64,000 nt of DNA, from positions 152,272,001-152,336,000 of the forward strand of contig NC_043000.1 in assembly GCF_006345805.1 (NCBI RefSeq), written 5' to 3'. Positions 1 through 11,768 of this stretch are shown here, piece after piece (positions within the stretch are counted from its first letter, which is position 1; every line of letters starts with the position of its first letter). The notes beneath the pieces are model-generated. The model had not been told where the DNA came from, made no database searches, and was given only the letters and a program-made list of their open reading frames with translations. Source of the stretch: Octopus sinensis. Its lineage: Eukaryota. The translations under genes and the position numbers were made by a program.

Positions 1-114
1 AAAACAAAGAAAAGCAAAAAGTAAAACAAAATATTGAAAATTATAAGGCGTGAAATAATTTACATGCAGTTGTCAGAAGTTACACAGAACTTAATTCTTT
101 AGCATTTAAACAGG

Positions 115-330
115 CCATCATCATCAAGTTTCCTTGACTGGTGCCACCAGTCATTGGGGTACCACCCTAAATGCTTTTGCAGGCGGCTATTGCCACCAGT
201 CTCTGTTCTCTGTCGTGTGTAGCAGGGTCACAGCGTTGGAACCTGTTCAGTCTTTGATGTTGTCAGACCAGGATTTTCTGTCTGCTTCTCTTTTGCCCTT
301 TTTGGTTTTGGACAGGGAGTTGTATAGGGA
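115..330 (-). mobile_element. RTE-type LINE 3' fragment
   Basis: Minus-strand remnant KKGKREADRKSWSDNIKD...TENRDWW, ending in a (GAT)n tail at about 115-128. Confidence 0.65.
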
Positions 331-559
331 TACTCTTTTACTCTTTTACTCTTTTACTTGTTTCAGTCATTTGACTGCGGCCATGCTGGAGCACCGCCTT
401 TAATCGAGCAACTCGACACCGGGACTTATTCTTTTGTAAGCCCAGTACTTATTCTATCGGTCTCTTTTGCCGAACCGCTAAGTAATGGGGACATAAACAC
501 ACCACCATCGGTTGTCAAGCAATGCTAGAGGTACAAACACAGACACACAAACACACACA

Positions 560-599
<40 letters not shown>

Positions 600-760
600 A
601 CGGGCTTCTTTCAGTTTCCGTCTACCAAATCCACTCACAAGGCTTTGGTCGGCCCGGGGCTATAGTAGAAGACACTTGCCCAAGGTGCCATGCAGTGGGA
701 CTGAACCTGGAACCATGTGGTTGGTAAACAAGCTACTTACCACACAGCCACTCCTGCGCC
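331..760 (-). mobile_element. tRNA-derived SINE family A (internal (TA)n, (AAGAGTA)n tail)
   Basis: Head ggcgcaggagtggctgtgtggtaag...ggttcagtccc with A/B-box-like motifs; about 18 copies in the window. Confidence 0.88.
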
Positions 761-1734
761 TTAACCGTACAAAGTAAGTTTATGTTATTAAGACATAAAC
801 TGGCCCCGTCCAGCCCAAATAGTCTCCCTGTTTTATGTTCAAACCAGTCTCCCACACCTACCTACAATGTCATTAAAAAAAATCAAAAAAGACAAAAAAC
901 TCTCATATTATGGAAATCTTAAATCTACAAGTTAATGCTTGATTAATTCTAAACAATATTAATAAATAAGCATTATATTTGATTGAGAAATCTGAATGCT
1001 AAAGAGTTAAATGACAAAGGAAGATTGATCCATTTAATCTTGATAATTAATAATCAAGTATTTGGAAAAAGGAAGAAACTCAAAAACTTAAGTAAAGTTC
1101 AAGACTATTGAAAAGGTTGCAAGATGCAACGAAAATTTTAGGAAAATAAAAATATGAAATAAGTGGAAATTTTACTGGTGAGTGTGTTAAATTATAAGGC
1201 ACAAAAAGAAAATGAATCTCCCCAGACACAACAGAATAAAGTTCAAAGATTTTAGGCTTGAGTGAAAGTGCTTCTTGCATGAAAGCTTGTTAAAATATTG
1301 AATAAGGCTGTCACTGATCCCTGCAATACTGAGAGTCCTATTTGCATTAAGACTTTCAATATTGCTGCAAAAGCAGATAGGGTGCACAAAATGCTAGAAC
1401 TTACAATTTTTTTGCTACCAACCTGAATTTCGTGTCTTAAAGGCAGCTACTATAAATGGAAAGTTGCTTACAAATGCCAAGATCAATTTCCACTCTGTAA
1501 AAATCATACAAAATGCCATTGATGAGCATGTATAGAACAGCATACTCCATAGGTTAGAAACAGTAACTTTCATCAGAACAGCATGAAAAAATAGAATATT
1601 AACCTAAGTAACAAGAATAGCAAAGTGATCAGAAAAACAGCAATAACATCAACATCTGCTGCAACAGAAACGATAACAATAACAGCAATAATTGTCGCAA
1701 TAACAACAGCAGCAGTAATTATAATAGTTATGGA

Positions 1735-2140
1735 AATAGTAGTTGTGATACCTGTGCCGGTGGCACATAAAAAGCACCATCCGAACGTGGGCGTTACCAG
1801 CGCCGCCTTGACTGGCTTCTGTGCCGGTGGCACATAAAAAGCACCATCCGAACGTGGCCAATGCCAGTGCCGCCTTGGCTGGCTTCCGTGCCGGTGGCAT
1901 GTTAAAATCACCAACCGATCGTGGCTGATGCCAGACTCCCCTGGCACCTGTGCAGGTGGCACGTAAAAAGCACCCACTACACTCGCGGAGTGGTTGGCAT
2001 TAGGAAGAGCATCCAGCTGTAGAAACACTGCCAAATCAGACTGGAGCCTGGTGCAGCCCCTGGCTTCCCAGACCCCGGTTGAACCATCCAACCCATGCTA
2101 GCGCGGAAAACGGACGTTAAACGATGATGATGATGATAAT
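1735..2140 (+). mobile_element. RTE 3'-UTR-type repeat with tandem units and (GAT)n tail
   Basis: ggcacgtaaaaagcacc units, then ggcattaggaagagcatccagc...ggacgttaaacgatgatg. Confidence 0.85.
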
Positions 2141-2434
2141 AATAGCAGTAGTGATTTCTAGAAAAGTAAATTTCTTTTACGCAGCATATAAGAAGCACCT
2201 ATTTTATTGACCCCAATATGATGAAAGAGAAATTTATCTTTAGGAGAAGTTGAAACCTGAAGTGAAAGTAAGATTCATAAGTAGCTAACCCAGTGCTTCA
2301 TCATTGGCACCAGTAATATTCAGTGCTACACTTTAGTTTATGTTTGAGCTAAGTTTGAAGTATCAGCCAGTAGCATATCATGGGTGCTGTAACAGAGCAT
2401 AGTGGATATTATAAAGCAATTTTATAAGATAAAC

Positions 2435-2825
2435 TGGACTGTGTGGTAAGTAGCTTGTTTACCAACGACATGGTTCCGGGTTCAGTCCCACTGCGTGGCA
2501 CCTTGGGCAAGTGTCTTCTGCTATAGCCTCAGGCCGACCAAAGCCTTGTGAGTGGATTTGGTAGACGGAAACTGAAAGAAGCCCGTCGTATATATATGTA
2601 TATATATATATATATGTGCGTGTATGTTTGTGTGTCTGTGTTTGTCCCCCTAGCATTGCTTGACAACCGATGCTGGTGTGTTTACGTCCTCGTCACTTAG
2701 CTGTTTGGCAAAAGAGACCGATAGAACAAGTACTGGGCTTACAAAGAATAAGTCCCGGGGTCGAGTTGCTCGATTAAAGGCGGTGCTCCAGCATGGCCGC
2801 AGTCAAATGACTGAAACAAGTAAAA
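2435..2825 (+). mobile_element. SINE family A
   Basis: Matches the family A sequence. Confidence 0.88.
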
Positions 2826-2924
2826 AAATAAAAAAACTTTCATTATTCACACCAGATTATAAATCTTTCATCTTTTTCCTCTGATTTGTTTTCCTTTTTT
2901 CTTTCCTTTTCACTCTTCATTGTA

Positions 2925-3403
2925 ACATTTCTTCTTATAACCAACCCGGCTGAAACTGCCTCTGGCTCTCTAGTACAAATGTCTTGCTTTCAAACGTTCT
3001 GAATTAAAATCTTCCACCAAACCTTAGTCACAATTTATGTTCTTAACTCTAGCTTAATGATAACTAAGTTATTTTACTAAATTCTTTGTTATATTTAAAA
3101 TAATTGAAAGAAACCACAGAACATCTCAAAATAAATACGGTAACAAAAGGGTTAAAATATATGATAGAGAAACAATTCTTAACCCTTTTGATATCAACCC
3201 GGTTGAAACCACCTCTGGCTCTGTAATACAAATGTCTTGTTTTCATAAGTTTTGAATTAAACTCTCCCACCAAACCTTAGTCACAATTTATGTTCCCTAC
3301 ACTAGCTGAATGATAACTAAGTTATTTTACTAAATTCTTTGTTATATTTAAAATAATTGAAAGAAACACAGAGCATCTCAAAATAAATATGGTAACAAAA
3401 GGG
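2925..3403 (+). mobile_element. Two tandem piggyBac-type MITEs, family 1 (about 2925-3151 and 3183-3403)
   Basis: TTAA|CCCTTTTG...CAAAAGGG|TTAA in the second copy; the first copy has a decayed left end. Confidence 0.85.
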
Positions 3404-3496
3404 TTAAAATATGATAAAATAATTATTCAGTGGGTTTAAAACAATCATCATTGTTGTATTTGATTTACGAGTTTGTAAATTCTTTGTATCAATTAG

Positions 3497-3629
3497 GTTG
3501 TGGTGGAAAATATCATGCTGGCACTGGATCTTTCAGTACACCATTTTACCCAGAAAACTATCCTCTTGATATAATGTGTATTTGGAATCTTATAAATTCA
3601 CCTGGCAATAAGGTACAGGTAGCATTCAG
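3497..3629 (+). CDS. CUBN: Cubilin-like exon A (CUB repeat 1, N-half)
   Basis: aattag|gt acceptor, cag|gtaggt donor; encodes CGGKYHAGTGSFSTPFYPENYPLDIMCIWNLINSPGNKVQVAF; phase 1 to 2. Confidence 0.92.
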
Positions 3630-3709
3630 GTAGGTTGACGTTTCACTTTCTTCAAATATTCATAATAAATATTATACAATAATGATTGATTCTAATGACA
3701 AAGAATTGT

Positions 3710-3952
3710 TATTGTTGCTGCTGTTGTTGTTATTGTTATCTTTGCCTTTCTTCCTTGTAGGGACATTAAAGTAGCAGTCAAGTACTGGGTTTCATGGTAC
3801 CACCCAACTCCCTCCCATCAAAATTGCTAGCCTTGTGCCCAAATTAGAAAGTGCTGTTGTTATTGTTGTTGCTGTTGTTGTTGTTGCTACTGTTGTTGTT
3901 GTTGCTGCTGCTGTTGTAGTAGTAGTAGTAGTAGTAGTAGAAGAAGAAGAAT
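3710..3952. repeat. Degenerate (GTT)/(GCT)/(GTA)/(GAA) trinucleotide tracts around a short SINE D tail fragment
   Basis: Direct reading. Confidence 0.8.
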
Positions 3953-3959
3953 TATGCCA

Positions 3960-4442
3960 GTACAAATATGCTTGAGGCCTATTTGAACCTGTAAGAAAGC
4001 CATTTATTGTATTTTGTTATGGAGAAATTTCTCACTGTAGACAAATAGGTGTAAACACACCAAGTCAATTCAGAGTATCCTCTAATCGGACTGATGGGTG
4101 CATGCATTTCAGAGTCGTTATTTCCTCATCAGCATCAGATACCAGAAAGGGGAATGCTACAAACTGACAAGTGATAAAAACCTCTTATTTTATTCCTGTC
4201 ATCATTCTGTGCTTGGATGTGCTAATTAGTAGCTTGCTGTAAATAGAATACGGAAAAGAAGTGCTAAGCAAGTGATGAGTATAAATACAAAATTGTTACT
4301 AGTTCAAATAAGCTTGAGGCATATTTGAACCTGTAAGTAAGCCATTCACTGTATTTTGTCTTGGAAAAAATTTCTCACTGTAGACAAATAGGTGTAAATG
4401 CACCAAGTCAGTTTGAAGCATCCTCTAATCAGACTGATGGGG
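3960..4442 (-). mobile_element. Hammerhead-bearing partial tandem repeat (343-bp period; Penelope pLTR or retrozyme-like)
   Basis: About 135 bp repeated at 3965-4098 and 4307-4441; shares about 190 bp with 6410-6580. Confidence 0.65.
4091..4138 (-). ncRNA. Type I hammerhead ribozyme motif, U16.1-to-C variant
   Basis: CUGAUG-CUGAUGA-GGAAAUAACGACUCU-GAAA-UGCAUGCA-CC-CAUCAG: perfect stem I; triplet ACC instead of NUH. Confidence 0.7.
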
Positions 4443-4606
4443 ATATATATGTATGTATATATATATATATATATATATAATTTAACAATTAAGGATAAAA
4501 TCTTAATAAGAAATCTTAACAAGAAATTATCAGGTAGTTAGCGTGAAAAACCTCATAAGAGAAAAAATCTGAAAATCTTTTCACTTGAAAATATTTATTC
4601 ATATTA

Positions 4607-4754
4607 TATAGAGGGCATTATTACACATAAATGCCACACGCTAGGAGGAACTTTCAAAGTCATTACTACCGAAAATAAACGTTTATTTTTGGTAGTAATG
4701 ACTTTAAAAGTCCCTCTTAGCGTGTGGCATTTATGTGTAATAATGCCCTCTATA
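4607..4754. repeat. 148-bp spacerless palindrome
   Basis: tatagagggcattattacacataaatgccacacgcta...aaataaac|gtttattt...tagcgtgtggcatttatgtgtaataatgccctctata, centred at 4680/4681, few mismatches. Confidence 0.9.
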
Positions 4755-4789
4755 TTATATATATATATATATATCTTTTTTCCTACATT

Positions 4790-4927
4790 ATCTTTTTACT
4801 TGTTTCACCCATTGGACTGTGGTTAAGCTGGGCCACTACATTGAAGGGGTTAGTCAAACAAATTGTCCCTAGTACTTATTAAGTCTGGTCCTTATTCTAT
4901 TAGTCTCTTTTGCTGAACTGTCAAGTT
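4790..4927 (-). mobile_element. SINE family A, old 3' fragment
   Basis: Diverged match to the family A 3' half. Confidence 0.65.
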
Positions 4928-5720
4928 ATGGAGATGTAAACAAACCATATGTATCCACACCTATGCTCATGAATGTTGGATAATGACTGAATGAGTACTA
5001 ATGTGAACACAAACAGCCAGAATGGGGTTCATCTGAAGGATCTCTAAAGTAATGTTACTTGACAGGGTGTGTCAATCAGAGACCAGGGAGTCTCTCCAGG
5101 TCAGGTTACCACTCAATATTGAGAGGTCACAACACTGGCACTGCATCCATATGATTAGAATAACATTGGAAAGAATTGTAAAGTGGATTCTTCTAGCAAA
5201 ATCATCTGGTTGGGGTGGATAATATTCATAGCCTCAATTGGTTATGCTAGAGAATTTATTCAGAATGTGTAATGATCACTGCTTCTGATGGGTCCCTTTG
5301 GAAGAGATGCCTGAAAAATACTCTTATAAACTAGGAACTGTGGTGTGTGCGAGAGATTCGAATATAAAGGCACCTACCTTCTCTTCGCTCTGATGGGGAC
5401 CCCTCAGTGGTAACGGATCCTTCGACACAGCCCGACCCAAACGCTAAAGATAGCAGCTGCTTCACCCAACCTTAGCAACGTGTTCACCCGTCTTAACTCA
5501 TCGACAACCCTTGTTCGAAAGGCAGAGATTGCCACTCACTGCGCACGCCTGACGGCTGCCCCTTCCGCTCAACCCCAGTTCCGGTCAGTTCCCCAGCTGC
5601 TGACGTCATCCCATAGGAACAGTTGCTGGGGAAGATGGATGAATGAATGATATTTTTTTTACTTTTTACCACTACTAAATTTGAGCAATTGTTATCAATA
5701 ATTGAATTTATCTTTTGCAG

Positions 5721-5920
5721 TGTTTTTAATCTTGAATATCATGAGTTTTGCAATAAAGACTACCTTGAATCAAGACATGAAAATGCAGGTGGAAACATTA
5801 TTGGTCGGTTTTGTGGAAGTACGTTTCCTCGTAATATCTCAGCTACTGATGGTTTATGGCTAAAATTTCGCTCAGATGATGAAATAAAGGGCCAAGGATT
5901 TGTGGCACATTTTTCTCAAA
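5721..5920 (+). CDS. CUBN: Cubilin-like exon B (CUB repeat 1, C-half)
   Basis: ttttgcag acceptor, a|gtgggt donor; VFNLEYHEFCNKDYLE...GRFCG...LWLKFRSDDEIKGQGFVAHFSQ; phase 2 to 1, matches exon A. Confidence 0.9.
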
Positions 5921-6289
5921 GTGGGTATTTTTGTATTTAATTGGTACAAGTATTATTGTTTTGAAATATTTCTTTTGCTTCTTTATTTTCCAAGATATTC
6001 TTTGAAAGAAATGTCTTTCCTTCATGATTATACTCTGCTTTCTAATTGTCTATTGTTAAACAATTTCATCCTCTCAGTTACATTATTTTGTATGTTTCAA
6101 GTTAACATTAACTGCTTAAATATTTTGTCATTCTGTAGCAGAGTTTTGGTCCTCAGTTAAAGCCATTGTTCTAAGTTAAATGAATATGAAGCATTTTTGT
6201 TCATTATACATCACATTACTATTAAATTGTAACCTTTTATCATCCATCCTTTCTGAATCATCATATCCTTTTTATACAAATAGTGATTG

Positions 6290-6900
6290 AGAACTTTAAT
6301 ACTCATCTGCCATAAAATCATTTTCTACCTTGATTTAATTTTTGGATTCCCATCTATATATTTAGAGTATTTATTAATAATCATTAGAGTCTATAGTTCT
6401 TCTGACTGGAAGATGGAGAAAATCTCTCACTGTAGACAAATAGGTATAAACACACCAAGTCAGAATGCCTTTTACTCGGACTAATGGATGCATGCATTTC
6501 AGAGTGGTTATTTCCTCTTCAGCATCAGATACTAGAAAGATACTATGAACTAACAAGTAATAAATACCTCTTATTTTATTCCTTATTTTAATACTCATCT
6601 ACTTTAAGAGCATTTTCTACCTTGATTTAATTCTTGGATTCCCATCTGTATAGTTAGTGTATTTGTTTTTATCATTAGGCTCTATAGTTCTTCTGATTGG
6701 AAGATATGGTGTCTTTATTTTGTACTTTGTGTTCTATAAGTTGTTGCTAGATATCAGACTTGGTTTTGGTTTTTTTGATACTTCTGCAATGTCACAACTG
6801 GTCCGTTGTCAGTGTTGCACTTCTGACCTTGGTCAAAACCCAAGTAGAAGCTGGAGGACTTAATCAGTAGATGTTGAAAATCTTCTGGCTAAGTCTACTA
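6290..6900 (-). mobile_element. Penelope-like element 3' remnant (possible endonuclease tail and hammerhead-bearing partial tandem repeat)
   Basis: Direct repeat with 292-bp period (6297 and 6589); hammerhead at 6481-6528; heavily mutated minus-strand reading KSDI*QQLIEHK at 6700-6780 resembles a GIY-YIG C-terminal segment. Confidence 0.55.
6481..6528 (-). ncRNA. Type I hammerhead ribozyme motif, intact core
   Basis: CUGAUG-CUGAAGA-GGAAAUAACCACUCU-GAAA-UGCAUGCA-UC-CAUUAG: 6-bp stem I, conserved core, short stem II, palindromic stem III, AUC cleavage triplet. Confidence 0.78.
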
Positions 6901-6959
6901 AGCTGTATGTAGGCACTATAGTTAAGGGCAAAGATTAGAATATATAACATATATATAAT

Positions 6960-7380
6960 TTGAGCGTGATCATTACCAGTGTTGCCTTACTGGCACTTGT
7001 ACCCGTGCCAGTAGGGTGCCAAGAGCACCATCCGAGTGTGATCGTTGCCAGAGCAGCCAACTGGCTTCCATGCCAGTGGCACATAAAAGGGCACCATTCA
7101 AGCGTGATCATTACCAAAGTCGCCTTACTGGCACCTGTGCTGGTGGCATGTGTAAAAGGATTCAAGCTGCCAGTACCGCCTGACTGGCCCCCGTGCTGGT
7201 GGCATGTAAAAAGCACCCACTACACTCTTGGAGTGGTTGGCATTAGGAAGGGCATCCAGCAGTAGAAACTCTGCCAAATCAAGACTGGAGCCTGGTGCAA
7301 CCATATGGTTCGCCAGCCCTTAGTCAAAATCGTCCAACCCATGCTAGCATGGAAAGCGGACGTTAAATGATGATGATGAT
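6960..7380 (+). mobile_element. RTE 3'-UTR-type repeat, diverged units
   Basis: Same tail and unit motif. Confidence 0.82.
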
Positions 7381-7878
7381 TCCTGTATTCAGACAACAAT
7401 CATAACATCCTTGCTCTGGTTGTATGTGATGACCAATGTGCAACAATTCATCTCAGGTCAGTTACTGCAAACAAATAAGTCTACAATAATGATAGGTGCT
7501 TAAACATTCCTTGAAAAGTTTTTATGTGAGCTCTTCTTATTCCTTCCTTTGCTTTATTTTTAAGTCACCTTTAAAAAAGCAAAAATGACAGAAGTGTTCA
7601 TACATTTATAGTTATAATCTCCCTCTCTCTGTGTCTGTCTATCTCGCTCTCTCTCTTTCTCATTTTGCAAAGGGGCAAGTTTGGTAAACTGGAATACTAC
7701 ACCTTTGACAGCATTTACTATCCAGGCAGTTCCAAAGCATTCTTTAATCCAGTTCAGATAAATTTCTTATATTCTGGTTTTTTATGCCAGTCATATTTTG
7801 AATCAAAATTATCAATTGGACTTATTTGGGATGTACTAAAACTGATGAGAATGCAAATACTATTGAAACTTCTCTTAA

Positions 7879-8099
7879 CCCTTTTGTTACCAACCCGGCC
7901 AAAACCAGCTCTGGCTCTGTAGTACAAATGTCTTGTTTTCATAAGTTTTGCATAAAAATATACCACCAAACCTTAGTCACGATTTATATTCCTAATACTA
8001 TCTTAATGATAACTAAGTTATTTTACTAAATTCTTTGTTATATTTAAAATAATTCAAAGAAACACAGAGTATCTCAAAATAAATACAGTAACGAAAGGG
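7879..8099 (+). mobile_element. piggyBac-type MITE, family 1
   Basis: TTAA TSD on both sides; TIRs cccttttgttac / gtaacgaaaggg. Confidence 0.9.
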
Positions 8100-8311
8100 T
8101 TAAACATATTTTGATCAATATAACATATATTGTCAGGCTTTTGTTACATGTTTACCCATAGTTTGTAAATATGTCTCCCTCTATTATATTGAAAATTGAA
8201 TATAATAACATTATCATATAATGCATAGTATAATATCATTTAACAACACTGTATTAAATGTATAGTATAATACCATTTAACATCAAAATTAGCAACAATA
8301 TTTATTTTCAG

Positions 8312-8484
8312 AATTTGGTGGAGATTTGACTGGAAGTTCTGGCTCAATCATTATTCCTGCATGGGATGCACCTTACGAGGTTACTGAGTGGACAATTACT
8401 GTGGCAAATAACTTGGTGGTGTTTCTGTCATTATTTCGAATGAAGTTCCTTATCTTTGAAAATGACTGTGTGGGTTATTTAGAG
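8312..8484 (+). CDS. CUBN: Cubilin-like exon C (CUB repeat 2, N-half)
   Basis: ttttcag acceptor, gag|gtagaa donor; FGGDLTGSSGSIIIPAWDAPYEVTEWTITV...ENDCVGYLE; phase 1 to 0. Confidence 0.85.
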
Positions 8485-8699
8485 GTAGAAATTATTTTTT
8501 ATTTTTTTTCCAATGTTTAGTACCTTTTTCATAATTTAGTACCTTTCTCATAATTTTTAAAATTTATTTCAAAACTGCCAATTATAGTAAGCATCTGAAG
8601 CTAACAGATTTGGCTACCTTAAATATTTTATTCTTGGCAAATAAGCATGGAGAGATTCACAACAGAATGAGTAAAAATAACCAAATTCTATCAACAAAA

Positions 8700-9715
8700 T
8701 CAACGGTCAATTCGGCTAACCCAAAGAGCTTACATTCATCATTTTGGGGCCAAAGAACCACCTTTTCAACAAGCAATACTCAATTTATTCAGCAGTTTGA
8801 ATCACAGGGGGCTGTGATTGACTTACCATGTGCAGAAAGGCTATGTTCCATGAGGTCTTAGGATAACATTCAGCATGTGCAATGGAGCATTGATGAAGAG
8901 CCTTCAGCATTAACCTGAAGGCAGTTCCAGCAGCTGGACATATCCTGACACTCATTACAAAGGATACAAAGGATGCTGAATTTATTCCTGCATAAAATGC
9001 AGCTAGCACAGGAATTAAAGCCAGGGCCCACTTTCATCTAAATGGCTTTGTCAATAAATAAAATATCTGATTTTGGGGCACTAAAATCCCAAGAATAGTT
9101 CACCAGTGTGAAATAACTTAAAAATAACAGTTTGGTGCAGGGTACGTATGAAAAAAGTTCTTGGTTCTTCTTTGAGGATGAGGCAGAAAAATGCACTAAC
9201 CATCACAGAAGGTAGGTATCAGGACACACTGGAACATTTTTTGCACCCTACAGTTGAGAATACATCAAATGTATAATGGCAGCAAGATGGGGCTACTGTC
9301 CATATAGATCCCTTGACAATGGAATTCTTGAGGCAAATTTCTGGAAGAAGGATAATTTTGAGAAATTCCAATTGGCCTTCATGCTCACCTTATTTAACAA
9401 TTCTAAACTTTTTCTTGTGGAGATATCTGAAAGACAGCGTATACTGTAACAAACCTCAAACTGTTGAACAATTTAAGGTCAACATCCACAAAAAAACTGA
9501 AGGAATAAGCCAAGAAACATTACGAATGGTGATGAAAACACTCTTTAGAAAGAGCCTGCCATTGTCAAGAATGAAATGATGACCATTTGAAGGATTTAAT
9601 TAAAAGTGTTTTCCAAAAAGTGTGTTTATTTTTTGTAAAAGAATAAATGTGAATGTTTAATAAACGAAAGGGTTATTATATTTCGAAATAATCTTGTGAC
9701 TTTTTGGCAACCCTG
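8700..9715 (+). mobile_element. Degenerate Tc1/mariner-superfamily (DD37D/maT-like) transposon
   Basis: Remnants QFESQGAVIDL, WQQDGATVH, NWPSCSPYLTILNFFLWRYLKDSVY; right end ggcaaccctg followed by TA. Confidence 0.78.
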
Positions 9716-9888
9716 TAGATCCTGGATTTGGAGTTGTGGAATATGAAATTTTTATGGTGGAGTTATTAAAGATACAGTAGTAATTATGTAGGGGTAGGGA
9801 GTTGGAGTCGAGATATCTTTACATGGAACTAAGGATGGATGGATGGATGCATACATACGTACATACATATGTACATACATGTGTGTGT

Positions 9889-9922
<34 letters not shown>

Positions 9923-10019
9923 GCTGTATACACACTACTTTGTATGTGGATTAGACTTTCAACCCAACATATATTAATATTGATATAAACAGTGAAAATA
10001 ATAAGAATATATGTAAGCA

Positions 10020-11125
10020 GCTTATTAGGTCTTAGGTCCTCCTGCACTGTGCAGTGCATTGGGCGGCAAGGCTTCCCCAATGTGGTCAGTCAACCGTGGT
10101 GATTTCAGCTTCATCCCATGAAATGTTAATGGCTTTGAGGTCATCACTGAACGTGTAGCACCAGGTTGCTTTTGGTTGCCCTTCTTTTTTCTTGCCACTC
10201 ACTGGCTTCTACAGAATGGCAGCTTTCACATGCTGCGATAATGGTAATTGGAGGACATGGCCTGCAAATCACAAGCAGTGCTCAGTAACAAAGTCATGGA
10301 GTGGACGGGTATCAGTTTGGCAATGTATCTCGTCATTGGTGATGTGGTCCTGGTATGATATTTGCAGTATCCACTAGAGCAGTGGTTTTCAACCAGGGTT
10401 CCGCGGAACCTTAGGGTTCCGCCAGTACAGTCCAGGGGTTCTGCAAGAAGCTACAAAACTGCTAAAATCGGCAGTAATTTTTAATTCTCCTGTGCAGATA
10501 TGTGTGCATAGGACTATTAAATTATTGCACAGGAGTTCCTCGAGCCAGTGGAATGTTTCCTTGGGGTTCCACTCCAGCAAAAAGTTTGAAAAGCACTGCA
10601 CTAGAGGCATTGTAGCTGAAATACGTTGAGTCTTTGCGCAATCTTTGCAGATGTCTTCCACGTTTCCGCCGCATATATTGCCGATGGTCGGACGATGCTG
10701 TTGAAGAGGTGCTCTTTGGTCTTGGTGGAGATTGCTCTGTCTGCCCAGATGTGTTTGAGCCTTTTTTGAAAGACAGCCAAGTCCTTCTCATTGCCGGCAG
10801 GCAATGTTGCATTTGGCATCTCCATCATTTGCCACGATGCTGCCCAAATAGATGAACTCATCAACTTCCTTGATTTGGTGTTGTCCAATCATCAAGGGGA
10901 TGCCATTGTTGTCCCCACTGACATATCCAATCCTCATGATTTTCATCTTGTTTGCATTTAAGTGGAGTCCTATCTTGGCCGCCTCTCTTTCCAATCTCTC
11001 TGTCATTGTGTGAGTGACATTCTTCATCGCTCTGAGGCGCACGATGTCATCGGTGAAATTGAGGTCAGTCAGGTGATCCAACCCACACCATGGAATCCCA
11101 AATCCACATTGGCGCATCACCCCAT
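10020..11125 (-). mobile_element. RTE-type LINE 3' fragment (RT C-terminal half), interrupted by a hAT MITE
   Basis: Remnants LTDLNFTDD, EAAKIGLHLN, EVDEFIYLGS, IYAAETW, FAGHVL, GKRKRGQPK. Confidence 0.88.
10380..10598. mobile_element. hAT (Charlie-like) MITE
   Basis: TIRs cagtggttttcaacc / gtttgaaaagcactg; perfect 8-bp TSD cactagag at 10372-10379 and 10599-10606. Confidence 0.92.
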
Positions 11126-11768
11126 TCAGTAAAGAAATCGTTGCTTGTGTCCATGGGTTGAGTGGTGACAAGCAAGCAAACCAGTGGAAATTGTGGCTCA
11201 TTGATTTTTGTTGTTGTCACTTAAAGCATGCGGAACCCATGCTCCATACTTTTGAACCTTTTCCATCGAGTGAAGATGCTTCTCTATAGCAGTGTGGGAG
11301 CATTCCATTTTCTCTGCCAGTTCCCTTGTCGTTTGATAAGAATTTTTGTGCAAAAGTTGGTTTAATCGTTCTTCATCGAACTCAACTGGATGGCCAGAAT
11401 GAGGTGCATCTTTGAGGTCAAAATTTCCATTTTTGAACTTGGCATACCAATCACGAGCAGTTCTTTCAGCTATGGCCCCCTCTCCATACACAGCACAAAC
11501 ATTGCGAGCAGCTTTTGCGGCCTTAGAACCTTGATTAAAAGCAGAAAGAAGGAGGTGTTGAAAATGCTCATTTTTCGTAACTTGACATTCCATTTTAATG
11601 ATCTGAAAATAAACCAAAATTAACTAAAATTAACTAGAAAAAAAAAACAAAATAGATTGCAAAATGATTCAAAGATAGAATTCTCAAAAAAAAAATAGAT
11701 TCCAAAATTTAAAAACGCAATAAATTCCAAAATTTAAAAAAAATGCAGGAACTTAGTTGCCAATGCAA
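11126..11768 (-). mobile_element. Mariner transposon, 5' half (TIR and N-terminal DNA-binding region), 3'-truncated
   Basis: ORF 11198-11617 ...AERTARDWYAKFKNGNFDLKD...GAWVPHAL, continuing past a stop to HKQRFLY; TIR-like ttgcattggcaactaagttcc next to TA at 11769-11770. Confidence 0.9.

Noticed and set aside
5385-5425. Possible hammerhead (ctgatggggaccc...ttcgacacag)
   Set aside because: Two core mismatches (CUGAUGG, GACA) and no convincing stems I or III
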